Shown: positions 43,302 to 52,924, counted from the first letter of the stretch. The stretch is 64,000 bases of DNA from Candidatus Doudnabacteria bacterium (GCA_016182875.1 JACPFQ010000001.1:85680-149679), one strand, 5' to 3'. The notes: generated by a model from the letters alone, not told the origin. Program-made: numbers and translations.

Positions 43302-43535
43302 ATGATTTGCGACGTGACCGAAGCGGTGCAGATACTCCGCCGACTGGCGGAGAAGCTGGAAAGGGGGGACGGATTTTCGGACGATGACGGGGTCGAGCTT
43401 GGCCGGGCGAGCGAGGCAGGCACGTGCAGAAGCCCCGGCAGAACGCCGCCCAAAGACTTCGTGGGAGCGTTCAACCACGGATATTACCGCTCTCGAGATA
43501 GGCGCAACGGCCGTACGCCCGGTCCAGCCGACTGA
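43302..43535 (+). CDS. Hypothetical 77-aa protein
   Basis: SD within the half-copy of hairpin H (AAAACGCGAGGAGTCATTC-ATG). Confidence 0.4.
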   Translation: MICDVTEAVQILRRLAEKLERGDGFSDDDGVELGRASEAGTCRSPGRTPPKDFVGAFNHGYYRSRDRRNGRTPGPAD

Positions 43536-43544
43536 GAAAGCCGC

Positions 43545-43608
43545 ACGATCTAAAACGCGCGGAGTGCAGCGGACTTGAAACCCAAGCCCCGAAGCACTCC
43601 CCGCGTAT
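43545..43608 (+). terminator. Island hairpin type H, copy 3, with a T8 tract: a strong rho-independent terminator closing the island
   Basis: ACGCGCGGAGTGC...GCACTCCCCGCGT-ATTTTTTTT. Confidence 0.7.
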
Positions 43609-43632
43609 TTTTTTTATATCCTTAAGACAGGT

Positions 43633-43674
43633 CATTAGTTAACAATTTATGCGATAGCAGATTTTGTTAACAGC
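43633..43674. repeat. 42-bp direct repeat (copy 1) at the 3' boundary of gene 43674-44267, with internal inverted repeat GTTAACAA..TTGTTAAC
   Basis: CATTAGTTAACAATTTATGCGATAGCAGATTTTGTTAACAGC, about 85% identical to 44240-44281. Confidence 0.6.
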
Positions 43675-44267
43675 TAAAGACCAAACTGTTTAATCAGGTC
43701 CTTCTGGATATCGATGCTTTTGACAAGCATTATTCGAACAAATGGACGAACTTCATAAAGCTCGCTGATAAAATCAATTTCGTCTTCGCATGCATATGGG
43801 TAAACCCACACACTCTTCTGCAAGCGATAAAATCCCAGCTCTCTTAATTTTGCCCGCATAGATTCTCTCCCTTGCTTGTACTTCTCCGGAATATCAAAGA
43901 TCACAGCCCGCCACAGCTTATCCCACTTTGCAGGCTTTTTGATATGCAATTCTTCAAGTTTATATTTTAAAAACTTGTTCTGACCGTTTTTTGTCAACCG
44001 GACCACAGTCTTGCCGTCTTCCTTGGAGATACCAATAAGCTTCCTCTGTTCCAAATTTCTTAAAGAGAGGTAAACCTTACGTCGATGCCACTTCGGAATG
44101 TTTAATTCTTCAGCAATAGCCATTAAGATCAATGGACCAGCAACTGGAATTGCTATAACTCCAGCCGCTGCAATACAACCCAAAATAACCTTGGCAATTT
44201 CAGATCTTTTGCTTTTATTTTCGCTTAAATCATTCATACCGTTAGTTAACAACTTAGGCGATAGCAT
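43674..44267 (-). CDS. PaaX-like protein: N-terminal TM segment, wHTH, and a Cas2/PaaX_C-like C-terminal domain
   Basis: 'LSLRNLEQRKLIGISKEDGKTVVRLTKNGQ' (wHTH) and 'WRAVIFDIPEKYKQGRESMRAKLRELGFYRLQKSVWVYPY' (Cas2/PaaX_C fold pattern). AT-rich, unlike the adjacent island. Confidence 0.5.
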   Translation of the reverse strand: MLSPKLLTNGMNDLSENKSKRSEIAKVILGCIAAAGVIAIPVAGPLILMAIAEELNIPKWHRRKVYLSLRNLEQRKLIGISKEDGKTVVRLTKNGQNKFLKYKLEELHIKKPAKWDKLWRAVIFDIPEKYKQGRESMRAKLRELGFYRLQKSVWVYPYACEDEIDFISELYEVRPFVRIMLVKSIDIQKDLIKQFGL

Positions 44268-44281
44268 AAGTTGTTAACATC
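44240..44281. repeat. 42-bp direct repeat (copy 2) containing the start codon of gene 43674-44267
   Basis: CGTTAGTTAACAACTTAGGCGATAGCATAAGTTGTTAACATC encodes MLSPKLLTN on the minus strand. Confidence 0.6.
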
Positions 44282-44291
44282 AAGATTTAAA

Positions 44292-45410
44292 TCAGAAAAT
44301 CCGTTCGAATAAATTTTTAAACCCCTCGCTGTAGCGGCTGACGTCCTTCACCGTCACGAACACCATCAGAAGCAGAAGCAAGCTGAAGCCCACGGTGTTG
44401 GCTACCTGCTCGGCTTTGATAGGCATTTTTCTCCCGCGGATTTTCTCGATGAACAGAAATAGAATCCGGCCGCCGTCGAGGGCCGGGAACGGCACGGCAT
44501 TGATGATGGCCAGATTAACGGAAAGCAGGGCCGTAAATTGCATTAAATAATTAAACCCCAGCCGCGTCGCGTCGCGGGTCAAGACCGCAATGCCCACCGG
44601 CCCTGCCAAGGCCCCCGAGACCGACTGGCCGCTGAGCCACTGGCCGATTATCTGGCCAAACACCGAAAGAGTGCCCCAAACCAGATTGATCGTCCCGACC
44701 AGCCCCCGGAACGGAGCCTCGTACCAAGGATAAGAAATCTCGGCTATCTGCGATGGCGCAATTCCCAGAGGACCTTTGCCTTCCGGCGGGTTTACTCTTG
44801 GAGTCAGTGTTTTGCTAAAGCTTTCGCTTCCGCGCTTGAATTCATAAACGGTTTCTTTGCCCGCGTTTTGCTTGGTCAGAACTATTAATTCCTCAATGGA
44901 ATCTATGGGTTCGCCGTTGACGGCAAGGATGCTGTCACCCGGCTTGATGCCGGCAGCAGCTGCCGGAGAATCAGGCGAAACAGCCACCAGGCCAATCTGA
45001 ACGTTTCTTACCTGAGCAGACTTGGGCAGCTGCTCGAATTCATCCACTATTGCCGGCAAGCCGATGGCCAAACCTATCGAAACTAACACCCAGGCCAGCA
45101 CGACATTCATGGAAACCCCGGCGACCAAGACCGAAAACTTTTGTAAGAAGGGTTTGTTGACGAAACTTTGCGGATCGTCAGTTGCCTCGCCGTCTTCGCC
45201 GGAAATTTTGACAAAACCGCCTAAGGGAATCCAGTTGATGGAATAAATGGTTTCGCCTTTTCTGATGCCGAACATCCTCGGCGGAAACCCGAATCCGAAT
45301 TCTTCCACGCGCATGCCGCTGCGCTTGGCCATGATGAAATGCCCGAGTTCATGGACGAACACGAGCAGGCCTAGGATGAGGATAAAAATGAGAATTGTGA
45401 GTAGAATCAT
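44292..45410 (-). CDS. rseP: RIP metalloprotease RseP (site-2 protease, M50)
   Basis: 'HELGHFIMAK', a PDZ domain, and C-terminal TM helices. ATG start preferred over the TTG at 45428. Confidence 0.88.
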   Translation of the reverse strand: MILLTILIFILILGLLVFVHELGHFIMAKRSGMRVEEFGFGFPPRMFGIRKGETIYSINWIPLGGFVKISGEDGEATDDPQSFVNKPFLQKFSVLVAGVSMNVVLAWVLVSIGLAIGLPAIVDEFEQLPKSAQVRNVQIGLVAVSPDSPAAAAGIKPGDSILAVNGEPIDSIEELIVLTKQNAGKETVYEFKRGSESFSKTLTPRVNPPEGKGPLGIAPSQIAEISYPWYEAPFRGLVGTINLVWGTLSVFGQIIGQWLSGQSVSGALAGPVGIAVLTRDATRLGFNYLMQFTALLSVNLAIINAVPFPALDGGRILFLFIEKIRGRKMPIKAEQVANTVGFSLLLLLMVFVTVKDVSRYSEGFKNLFERIF

Positions 45411-45412
45411 GA

Positions 45413-45522
45413 AGAATTCAAAATGCAAAAGTCAAAATGCAAAATGACAAAGCAAAATTAAAAATTATTCTCTTTGCATTTTTAATTACATTTTGATTTT
45501 TGAGCTTTGATTTTTGCATTTA
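45413..45522. repeat. ~110-bp AT-rich palindromic repeat, copy B (inverted orientation)
   Basis: Reverse complement matches copies A and C nearly base for base. Confidence 0.7.
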
Positions 45523-46074
45523 AATAGTTAAAACCTCGGCTTCTTTGGCATCGGCCAGCTTCTTAATTTCCTCGTTATGTTTGTCCACGATTTTCTGCAA
45601 ATCCTCTTTGGCTCCGATTTTGTCATCTTCCGAAATCTCCCCTTGTTTTTCCTCTCTTTGTATTTCCTTCCAGATTTCCTCGCGGACGTTGCGGATGGCC
45701 ACCCGAGCTTTTTCAGTCATTTGCGAAACGACCTTCACCAATTCTTTCCGGCGCTCTTCTGTCATGGGCGGGATGTTTAAACGAATGTAGTTGCCGTCAT
45801 TAATCGGGTTAATCCCAAGATTGGAAATCTGCACGGCTTTCTCAATATCCTTGAGGGCATTTTTATCGTAGGGCTGAATCGTAATGCTTCTCGGCTCGGG
45901 CACGGCAATCTGGGCGATTTGAATCAAGGGAGTCTTGGCGCCGTAATATTCAACCTCAAGATGCTCCACTAACTGCGCCGAAGCCCGGCCGGTCCGCAAG
46001 GTTTTGAGCTCGGACTTAAGATGTTCAACCGCTTTTGCGAACTCAGCTTCTTTTTTTGTCAGATCAATGGCCAT
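45520..46074 (-). CDS. frr: Ribosome recycling factor
   Basis: 'RTGRASAQLVEHLEVEYYGAKTPLIQIAQI...LNIPPMTEERRKELVK'. Confidence 0.93.
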   Translation of the reverse strand: MAIDLTKKEAEFAKAVEHLKSELKTLRTGRASAQLVEHLEVEYYGAKTPLIQIAQIAVPEPRSITIQPYDKNALKDIEKAVQISNLGINPINDGNYIRLNIPPMTEERRKELVKVVSQMTEKARVAIRNVREEIWKEIQREEKQGEISEDDKIGAKEDLQKIVDKHNEEIKKLADAKEAEVLTI

Positions 46075-47123
46075 TATTTACGTTCTCCGAGCCCTAAATA
46101 TACTATGTTCGCACTTTCAGGGTCAATTGCTATAAGTCTTACCGGCTGCTCGGTCCGCAGCCCCTTGGTTTCCCAGGTCAATCCGCCGTTTAGGCTTTTG
46201 AGCATGGTTGACCCGACGCTGAGCAGTATGTTGTTGGAATTGGACGGGTTGACGGCTAAGGCCGAGACCTTGAGAGCCTTATCCTTGAGCGGCAGGCCTA
46301 GAATATTCCAATTCTGCCCATCGTTGACAGTCCGATACAACCCTTCTTCAGCGGCAAGATAAATCACGCCCGGCAGGCGCGAATCCAGCGAAAAATCATG
46401 GAACACGCTTACGGCCGGCACGGTCGTGTTGTTAAAAACATTGTCCCTGGTTAAAACCTCGCTAATCTTAGTCCAAGTGTGGCCAGAGTCAACGCTTTTA
46501 AATATTCCCGCAGTTCGGGTGAGGACGTAGGCCGTGTTGTTTGAATCAAATCGGATTTTGATTATTCGATCCTGTAAATCCTGGCCTGCCTGCCAGGTGC
46601 TGCCGCCGTCGAACGACCGGATGATTTCTCCCGTCGAAAGCCCCGCAATAACCAGCGACGAGGAAGAGACGGCCATGCTCATGACCGGATTGGATTTGGA
46701 AGGTTCGGTATAAATTTCCGACCAATTATTGCCGTCGTCCAGGCTTTTGATAATCTTGCCGTTATTGCCCGAAACCCCCGCGGCATAAATGGTGCTCGGG
46801 TTGTTCGGGCTAATTGCCAGGTCAGCCACAGCAATCCTGGTAAGGATATAAGTCCAATTTTTTGCGCCATCCTCGGTTTTATAAATGCCCGAACTGCCGG
46901 CTAAATACATGACTTCCGAGTTGCCTGGTTCGAATGCCAAGGCGTTTACCGAAACATTGTTGATATTGCCTTTTCCCAAGCTATTTGCGGAATGAAAGCT
47001 TTCGCCCCCGTCTTCGGATTTAAAAACCCCGCGCGCGCCCGTGGTGATGTTTAACGGGTCGGAAATATTACAGCTTGCAGCCGCAAACACGACCCCCATG
47101 AGCAATATTATAAATTTAGGCAT
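46074..47123 (-). CDS. BNR/Asp-box repeat beta-propeller lipoprotein (Ycf48/sialidase-like fold)
   Basis: Lipobox 'AAASC' and seven S-x-D-G-G-x-T/S-W repeats (e.g. KSEDGGESF, RSFDGGSTW). Confidence 0.6.
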   Translation of the reverse strand: MPKFIILLMGVVFAAASCNISDPLNITTGARGVFKSEDGGESFHSANSLGKGNINNVSVNALAFEPGNSEVMYLAGSSGIYKTEDGAKNWTYILTRIAVADLAISPNNPSTIYAAGVSGNNGKIIKSLDDGNNWSEIYTEPSKSNPVMSMAVSSSSLVIAGLSTGEIIRSFDGGSTWQAGQDLQDRIIKIRFDSNNTAYVLTRTAGIFKSVDSGHTWTKISEVLTRDNVFNNTTVPAVSVFHDFSLDSRLPGVIYLAAEEGLYRTVNDGQNWNILGLPLKDKALKVSALAVNPSNSNNILLSVGSTMLKSLNGGLTWETKGLRTEQPVRLIAIDPESANIVYLGLGERK

Positions 47124-48009
47124 AATCGGCTTGAAGCATTAAATTTACCAGCACCAGTTTGGCGTTCAGGTTTTGCCTGACCAGACTTTGGCTTTCGCCA
47201 AGCAGAGCTATCCGGTCTGCTAGTTTTTTATGCGGGTTCTTTCTAAGCTCCGACTCCAGCCGGTTTTGCCACAGGTCGAGGGTCAATAATAACTCCGCTG
47301 TTTCGCTTTCAGAAAGTTGGTTCACCAAAAGCAGCCTTTTTGACTTGTCTTCGGACAAAAAATCATCAAGCTGTTTTTCTGTGTTGGCAAGCATTGACAA
47401 GAATTCCTCGTCCATGGCTATCTTGAGGGCTAGGCCCGGCTTCTGGGATGCAAAATTTTGGATTAAAGCTTTCTGCGCCGTTGAAAGTTTCAGCGGCAGA
47501 AGGTATTTGTACCCATCATAATCAACCACGCCGAAATTTATTTTTTGGGCGCGGGAGAGGATGGTTTTTTTAAGCCGGTCCGGCGAAGAGGTAATAAGGA
47601 TGACTATCGTATAAGGCTTCGGCTCTTCGATGCTTTTCAGAAGGGCGTTCTGCGCCTCCTCGGTCATATTTTCGGCGGCATCAATCACGGCAACCTTATA
47701 CTGGGCCAAATAAGGCTTCAGCGAGAGCTTGTAAATCAAATCCCTTATCTGCTCAATCTTTATGGCTTCGCTGCCGCCCAGCTCAATGAAGTCGGCGTTA
47801 TTTTTCAAGACAAAGCTTTTGCATTGCTTGCAGGAATTGCAGGCCTGGTTGTTTTCGCAAATCAAAATCTGGGCAAGCTTATGGGCGACCATCCGTTTGC
47901 CAACTCCTTGAGGGCCGGCGAAGACATAAGCATGGGCCAGCCGCCCCCGTTTGATTGTCTGCTCCAAAAACTCCAGCTGTTTTTTGTGTCCCGCAACTTG
48001 CCAATCCAT
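47116..48009 (-). CDS. holB: DNA polymerase III delta-prime subunit
   Basis: Degenerate P-loop 'GPQGVGKRMVA', zinc module 'CNSCKQCKSF', and an AAA+ clamp-loader fold. Confidence 0.8.
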   Translation of the reverse strand: MDWQVAGHKKQLEFLEQTIKRGRLAHAYVFAGPQGVGKRMVAHKLAQILICENNQACNSCKQCKSFVLKNNADFIELGGSEAIKIEQIRDLIYKLSLKPYLAQYKVAVIDAAENMTEEAQNALLKSIEEPKPYTIVILITSSPDRLKKTILSRAQKINFGVVDYDGYKYLLPLKLSTAQKALIQNFASQKPGLALKIAMDEEFLSMLANTEKQLDDFLSEDKSKRLLLVNQLSESETAELLLTLDLWQNRLESELRKNPHKKLADRIALLGESQSLVRQNLNAKLVLVNLMLQADYA

Positions 48010-48634
48010 GGCCTAATTCTAGCATTTTTGCCCTCTAAACAAAAACAGCAACCGTTCTGGCCAATTCTGCACTCTTAGTGCGAAGTTTTGGCCCAAGGCC
48101 GCTGATTTTTGTTTGTTACAAAGCTTTGTTAGGCTTAACCTCAAATATTTTTGCAAAAGCAAAATTTTGAGTCAATGTTGTTATGTGGAAAATCTGTTGA
48201 GATTTTTTGTGTACAAAAAATTCACCGCTAGGGTGAATCTTTTGATTAAAGATCGGTGTGGTACCGGTTCTGTTAACTGAGTCCTTACGAACTTTCGCTA
48301 ACCGGGGAAAAGGTCCAAGAGGTTACCCTTACTTGTTTGACACCGAAGGCATTTCTCCTTCAGCGTACCTTCTCAGAAACCAGTATCTCTTGATCAGTCG
48401 ATCCCGCTTTTCAGCGGAACCTGCTTCGCAAGAGTTGCCCCTTACGAAGACCATGGTATAGCTATTCTAGATTAGGTAAAATTTGAGGTCAAATTATTTT
48501 AAAGCAACAAAAAACAGCCGGTTTTAAAGGCTTTTTTGTGAGGTGTGAATAAATTGTTCTTAAAGAGTGGAAAATCTGTAGAATTGACAAAAATTTACTA
48601 AAAAAGGATAATTAATATATCAATGGATAGGGCC

Positions 48635-48663
48635 TTGACTTTGAGACTAAATAGGCTTATAAT
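48635..48663 (+). promoter_or_regulatory. Consensus sigma70 promoter TTGACT, 17-nt spacer, TATAAT inside the gene desert
   Basis: -35 at 48635-48640, 17-nt spacer, -10 at 48658-48663. Confidence 0.45.
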
Positions 48664-49503
48664 TTAGAGCCAATGAATAAAAACAAGACAAAAGGATATA
48701 ATAGATTTAGATAATCTGATAATATCTTTTTGCCTGTTTTTTTCTTACGATACTTGTAGATTTGTTGCTAAAGCCAGCGGTTGTAAGAGAGTTTAATACT
48801 TAGATAACAGTTGTAGTTTTATAACTGTTTAGAGCTAAAAAGTTCTAGATGTATTACTTACGTCTAGGCTTTTTAGTATGTGGAGGGAACCGGAACCACT
48901 TCCCTTTGGCGATGATTAACCGGCCGTTCCGGTAAACTGCATTGCAGTACCAGAAACCATCATCACCAAGGAAGCACTGTTGGTGAACTGTTGAGGGTTG
49001 TTGTGTCTGTTCTGTCATAAAGGCGGCTTTCCTGTGTTGGCTTGCTCTCTTACAACCACCTACAACCGCTAGTTCTAGAAACAAATTCTTATTTTGAAGG
49101 TACAAATAAAATCGCCTCACGAGCCAGCACTCTGGGGTTTAACTTTCGTTAATCCCCAAGATTTGAGCGCCTGGGGGAATTTGATTTTCCCCAGAGCACT
49201 AGCTCTTAAAGCGATTTTGCCCTAGTGAGTATCGGACTTGCTGGCTTCTCCGGGCGCTCAACTCGGAGAAAGTTGTAGATTTTTAAAGTGCTTATATCTT
49301 AAAGGATTTTATTTAGGCTGTCAAACGCGGCCTTTTCCTATCCTCACTTATTATAGCAATACCGGTTTACAAAGTCCATATTATGTCTTGAGGGGAGAGG
49401 TGTTAACTGTTGAGACTGCATACGCGAAGCATTATTCGCATTCGCGAGCGAGGAGCTGGTGTACTTTGAGGAGAGCGTGGCGATCTACTTTCTAGCCCGT
49501 TAA

Positions 49504-49580
49504 TTCATCGATGCTGATAAATCAGCAGGCTACACTCGGGTTAGATTGCTTCGTCGCTACACTCCTCGCAAATGCGCAGA
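49504..49580. repeat. Two small palindromic repeat elements overlapping the 3' end of mreB-2: GCTGATAAATCAGC (also at 12299) and TTAGATTGCTTCGTCGC..CTCCTCGCAAATGCG (also at 52925-52965)
   Basis: Shared 35-40-nt segments at both loci. Confidence 0.5.
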
Positions 49581-49591
49581 CAGACAGTTTC

Positions 49592-50599
49592 TTACCTTGC
49601 CGCCAGGATGCTGCGCTTATAGCTTTCCAAGTTCTCCAGGGCGACGCCGGTGCCTTGGGCTACGCAAAGAATCGCGTCATCCGCCACATAGGCAGGCACC
49701 CCAGTGGACTGGCCGATTAGCTTGTCCACATTCCTAAGCAGGGCGGTGCCACCGGTCATAATCATGCCCTTGTCTATAATATCGGCTGCCAGCTCCGGCG
49801 GCGTTTCCTGCAATACCGAGCGCACCGCCTTGATTATTTCGCGGAGCTCCTCCTGAATCGCCTCAACTACTTCGTTCGTGGAAATCTGGACTGTTTTGGG
49901 CAGCCCTTGAATCAAATCGCGGCCGCGAATCTCAATCACCCCTTCCTTTTCGACGGGCAAGGCCGAACCGATTTTAATTTTAATTTCTTCCGCGGTGCGG
50001 TCTCCTATGGCCAAACCGTATTTTCGCCGGACGTATTCGGCAATCGCGGCATCCAGCTTATTGCCGGCTACCCGCACCGAAGTCTGGGTCACTATTCCTC
50101 CCAAAGACAGCACAGCCACGTCTGTGGTGCCCCCGCCGATATCAATAATCATATTGCCGGAGGGGTGAGCAATATCAATGCCGGCGCCGATTGCCGCGGC
50201 TACCGTTTCCTTGATGACGTAGGCGGCTTTGGCGCCAGCAGCGGTAGCGGCATCCACGACGGCGCGCCTTTCCGTGGAGGTAATGCCTCCAGGCACCGAA
50301 ATCATGACCTCTGGCCGGAAAAATCGGATATTGCCCGCGGCTTTGTTGATGAAGTACCTAAGCATGGCTTCGGTCACGCGGTAATCGGCAATCACGCCGT
50401 CCTTCATGGGCCGGTGCGCGACAATCGTATCAGGAGTGCGGCCAAGCATCTCCTTGGCTTCCGATCCTACGGCCAAAACCTGGTTGTCGACAATGGAAAT
50501 AGCCACCACAGTCGGTTCATTTATGATAATGCCTTTGTTCGGCACGAAAACCAAAGTGTTGGCTGTGCCCAGGTCTATGCCTATTCTCTTTAAAAACAT
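49592..50599 (-). CDS. MreB/Mbl-family actin homolog (second paralog)
   Basis: '[14 protein letters not shown]', '[18 protein letters not shown]'. Confidence 0.9.
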   Translation of the reverse strand: MFLKRIGIDLGTANTLVFVPNKGIIINEPTVVAISIVDNQVLAVGSEAKEMLGRTPDTIVAHRPMKDGVIADYRVTEAMLRYFINKAAGNIRFFRPEVMISVPGGITSTERRAVVDAATAAGAKAAYVIKETVAAAIGAGIDIAHPSGNMIIDIGGGTTDVAVLSLGGIVTQTSVRVAGNKLDAAIAEYVRRKYGLAIGDRTAEEIKIKIGSALPVEKEGVIEIRGRDLIQGLPKTVQISTNEVVEAIQEELREIIKAVRSVLQETPPELAADIIDKGMIMTGGTALLRNVDKLIGQSTGVPAYVADDAILCVAQGTGVALENLESYKRSILAAR

Positions 50600-50733
50600 A
50601 GCTTAACTTATTCTTTTAGAAATATGTCGAAATAAGCTCGCTTCGCTCGCGAAATTTATAGAAATTGGCTAGCAACAGAATATTTCTATTTATTTCGCAG
50701 CCGAAGGCTGTATATTTCTATATATTTCTCTTG

Positions 50734-51999
50734 TTAATCAATTCTTTTAATCTCAGCGCCCAACTTTTGCAATCTCTGCTCTATCTTCTCGTATCCTCTG
50801 TCAATATGTTCGATGCCATCGATCTCCGACTGGCCCTCGGCAACCAAGCCGGCAAGCACCAAAGTCATACCCATCCGAATATCATAACTGACAAGCTTGG
50901 CCCCGTAAAGCCTGGCTGGGCCGGTTATTTTGACCCGGTGAGGGTCAAGGATTTGGGCTTTGGCCCCCATTTTATTCAATTCAGAAGCATATCCCAAACG
51001 GTTTTCATACATCCATTCATAGATTACGGTTTCTCCTGCCGCTTGGGTTGCCAATACAGCCAGCGCCGGAGTGTCGTCGCTTGCAAGCTTTGGATAAAGC
51101 CCGACCTGCAATTTATTTACGGCGCGGTAGGCGGCTTTGGGCGGATGGACGCGGACAAAATCTTTGCCAACCTCAAAATTTACGCCGAACTGCTTCATTT
51201 TCAGCAGAAAGTCATCAAGAAACCCGGGATCAAGATGAGTAATTTTAATATCCCCTTTGACGGCGGCGGCAAGGGTGATGAATGTCGCGGCTTGATTGGA
51301 GTCGGGAATTACTTCGGCCTGTCCGCCCTTCAAGCTGGAAACGCCTTGGATAACCAGTGTTGGACTGCCTTTCCCTGAGATTTTGGCGCCCATGCCGTTC
51401 AAAAAGTCGATCAACTGCCCAACGTGCGGCTCCATGGCCGCAAGCTTAATCGTAGTAATGCCGTTTGCCAGCGCCGATGCCATCAGCAAATTTTCCGTGG
51501 CTGTCACAGACGTTTCTTCCATTACTATAGTTGCGCCCGAAAGCCCGTTGGGCGCGGAAAAACTGTAGCCGCCGTCTGTCTCAACCTTGGCCCCTAGGCT
51601 TACGAAACCTGCAATATGCGGCTCAATCGTCCGAACCCCTATTTTGTCCCCGCCGCTGGTTTTTAAATCAGCTTGCTTCATTCGAATAAGCAAGGGCCCG
51701 GCCAATAAAATCGACGCCCGTAATTTGGATGTCAGCTCCGGATTTGGAGCGGATCGGTTCAGTTCTTTCGGGTCGATAACCAGCTTCCCGGCTGAGCGGT
51801 CGTAATCCACTTTTGCTCCCAAACCGGTAATCAGCTTAATCATCACTTCCACATCCTCAATGAGTGGGACATTGGTCAAAACACTTTTTTCTTTCGATAA
51901 AAGACTGGCCACCATTAAAGCCAGAACCGAGTTCTTGGAGCCGGAAACCGGAATTTCACCGCTTAACTTTTTGCCGCCGTTTATGATAAACCTAGCCAT
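50734..51999 (-). CDS. murA: UDP-N-acetylglucosamine 1-carboxyvinyltransferase
   Basis: 'ARFIINGGKKLSGEIPVSGSKNS', EPSP-synthase fold, 421 aa. Confidence 0.93.
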   Translation of the reverse strand: MARFIINGGKKLSGEIPVSGSKNSVLALMVASLLSKEKSVLTNVPLIEDVEVMIKLITGLGAKVDYDRSAGKLVIDPKELNRSAPNPELTSKLRASILLAGPLLIRMKQADLKTSGGDKIGVRTIEPHIAGFVSLGAKVETDGGYSFSAPNGLSGATIVMEETSVTATENLLMASALANGITTIKLAAMEPHVGQLIDFLNGMGAKISGKGSPTLVIQGVSSLKGGQAEVIPDSNQAATFITLAAAVKGDIKITHLDPGFLDDFLLKMKQFGVNFEVGKDFVRVHPPKAAYRAVNKLQVGLYPKLASDDTPALAVLATQAAGETVIYEWMYENRLGYASELNKMGAKAQILDPHRVKITGPARLYGAKLVSYDIRMGMTLVLAGLVAEGQSEIDGIEHIDRGYEKIEQRLQKLGAEIKRID

Positions 52000-52029
52000 A
52001 GCCTTGATATTTTAGCAAAAAACCCTAAA

Positions 52030-52869
52030 ATGATAAATGCTATGCGCTTACGAAACCGTTTGCTTATCGTCGCCCTAGGCGTGATAATCTTCCTGATTGT
52101 AACCCCCATACTGATACTTTTTGCCCGGGGGTTTAAAGTCGATACCAAAAACTGGCAAATAGTCAAAACCGGGATTCTGGTAGCTAAAACCGAACCGGAC
52201 GAAGCTTCGGTTTTTATTGAAAATAAGCTTCAAAAAAAGCTTACCCCGGCGACAATCAGATTCTTGCTTCCAAGTGATTACAATATCCGCATCGAAAAAG
52301 AAGGCTATTTGTCCTGGACCAAAAGATTGCCCATCAAAAGCCAGTTCGTGACCTGGGCCACTGCCAACCGCGAATTCATCGCGCTGTTCCTAGAGCATCC
52401 AGAACTGCAGCCGCAATCGGCGATTCCCGAAAATAAAACCACAGCGGTTTCCGAAGGCCTGGTTCAAGCAGATAATCTTAAGTTCGTCCTTAAGGATTCA
52501 ATTCTCTACAGGGAAAACCTATCATTGGAAAAAGTTTACGAACCCGTCACAGAGGCTTATTGGGATGACGAAGCCAAAAAACTTGTTTTATCCAACAATA
52601 ACGAAATGTTACTGCTCGAGCCTTTGTCCGAAAGTCCGGATTTGATATTAAGAAGCATTTCGGAACTCAAAAATACCAAGCTCAATTGGCACACAGGTTA
52701 TATGTTCTTCCAAAATGAAGGCAAAATAAAGGCCGTCGAACTCGACGGCCGGGACCATCGCAATATTTATACTTTAATGGACGCGATGGATGACTTTCTC
52801 GTCTCCAAAGACGGCAAGACGCTCTATGTGCTTAATCAGCAAGAAACAAAGATTTACGTGATTAGGTAG
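52030..52869 (+). CDS. Membrane-anchored PEGA-domain protein
   Basis: N-terminal TM, then 'EPDEASVFIENKLQKKLTPATIRFLLPSDYNIRIEKEGYLSW' (PEGA). Confidence 0.55.
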   Translation: MINAMRLRNRLLIVALGVIIFLIVTPILILFARGFKVDTKNWQIVKTGILVAKTEPDEASVFIENKLQKKLTPATIRFLLPSDYNIRIEKEGYLSWTKRLPIKSQFVTWATANREFIALFLEHPELQPQSAIPENKTTAVSEGLVQADNLKFVLKDSILYRENLSLEKVYEPVTEAYWDDEAKKLVLSNNNEMLLLEPLSESPDLILRSISELKNTKLNWHTGYMFFQNEGKIKAVELDGRDHRNIYTLMDAMDDFLVSKDGKTLYVLNQQETKIYVIR

Positions 52870-52924
52870 CGAACTTACGCATCTGCGAGCGACCGCAGGT
52901 CGCGTGGCAGTCTATTCTTTTGGA

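Larger units (their letters stand above)
48230..49591. ncRNA. Gene-poor 1.6-kb region with dense predicted secondary structure: candidate non-coding RNA(s), class unresolved
   Basis: No convincing ORF. Many nested stems, e.g. GGUGU..ACACC enclosing ACCGGUU..AACCGG (48256-48346), CUCUUG..CAAGAG enclosing CCGCU..AGCGG (48380-48440), and CUCUGGGG..CCCCAGAG (49129-49196). No rRNA or tRNA signatures. Confidence 0.3.

Noticed and set aside
49413-49500. tmRNA tag-like reading frame (..EELVYFEESVAIYFLAR*)
   Set aside because: It has no tRNA-like domain or resume-codon context. The C-terminus is not the typical hydrophobic A-A ending.
48010-49591. rRNA or tmRNA in the 1.6-kb gene desert
   Set aside because: No 16S or 23S signature sequences, no tRNA-like T-arm (GGTTCGANTCC) and no plausible tag-peptide reading frame were found. 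It is left as an unclassified structured region.
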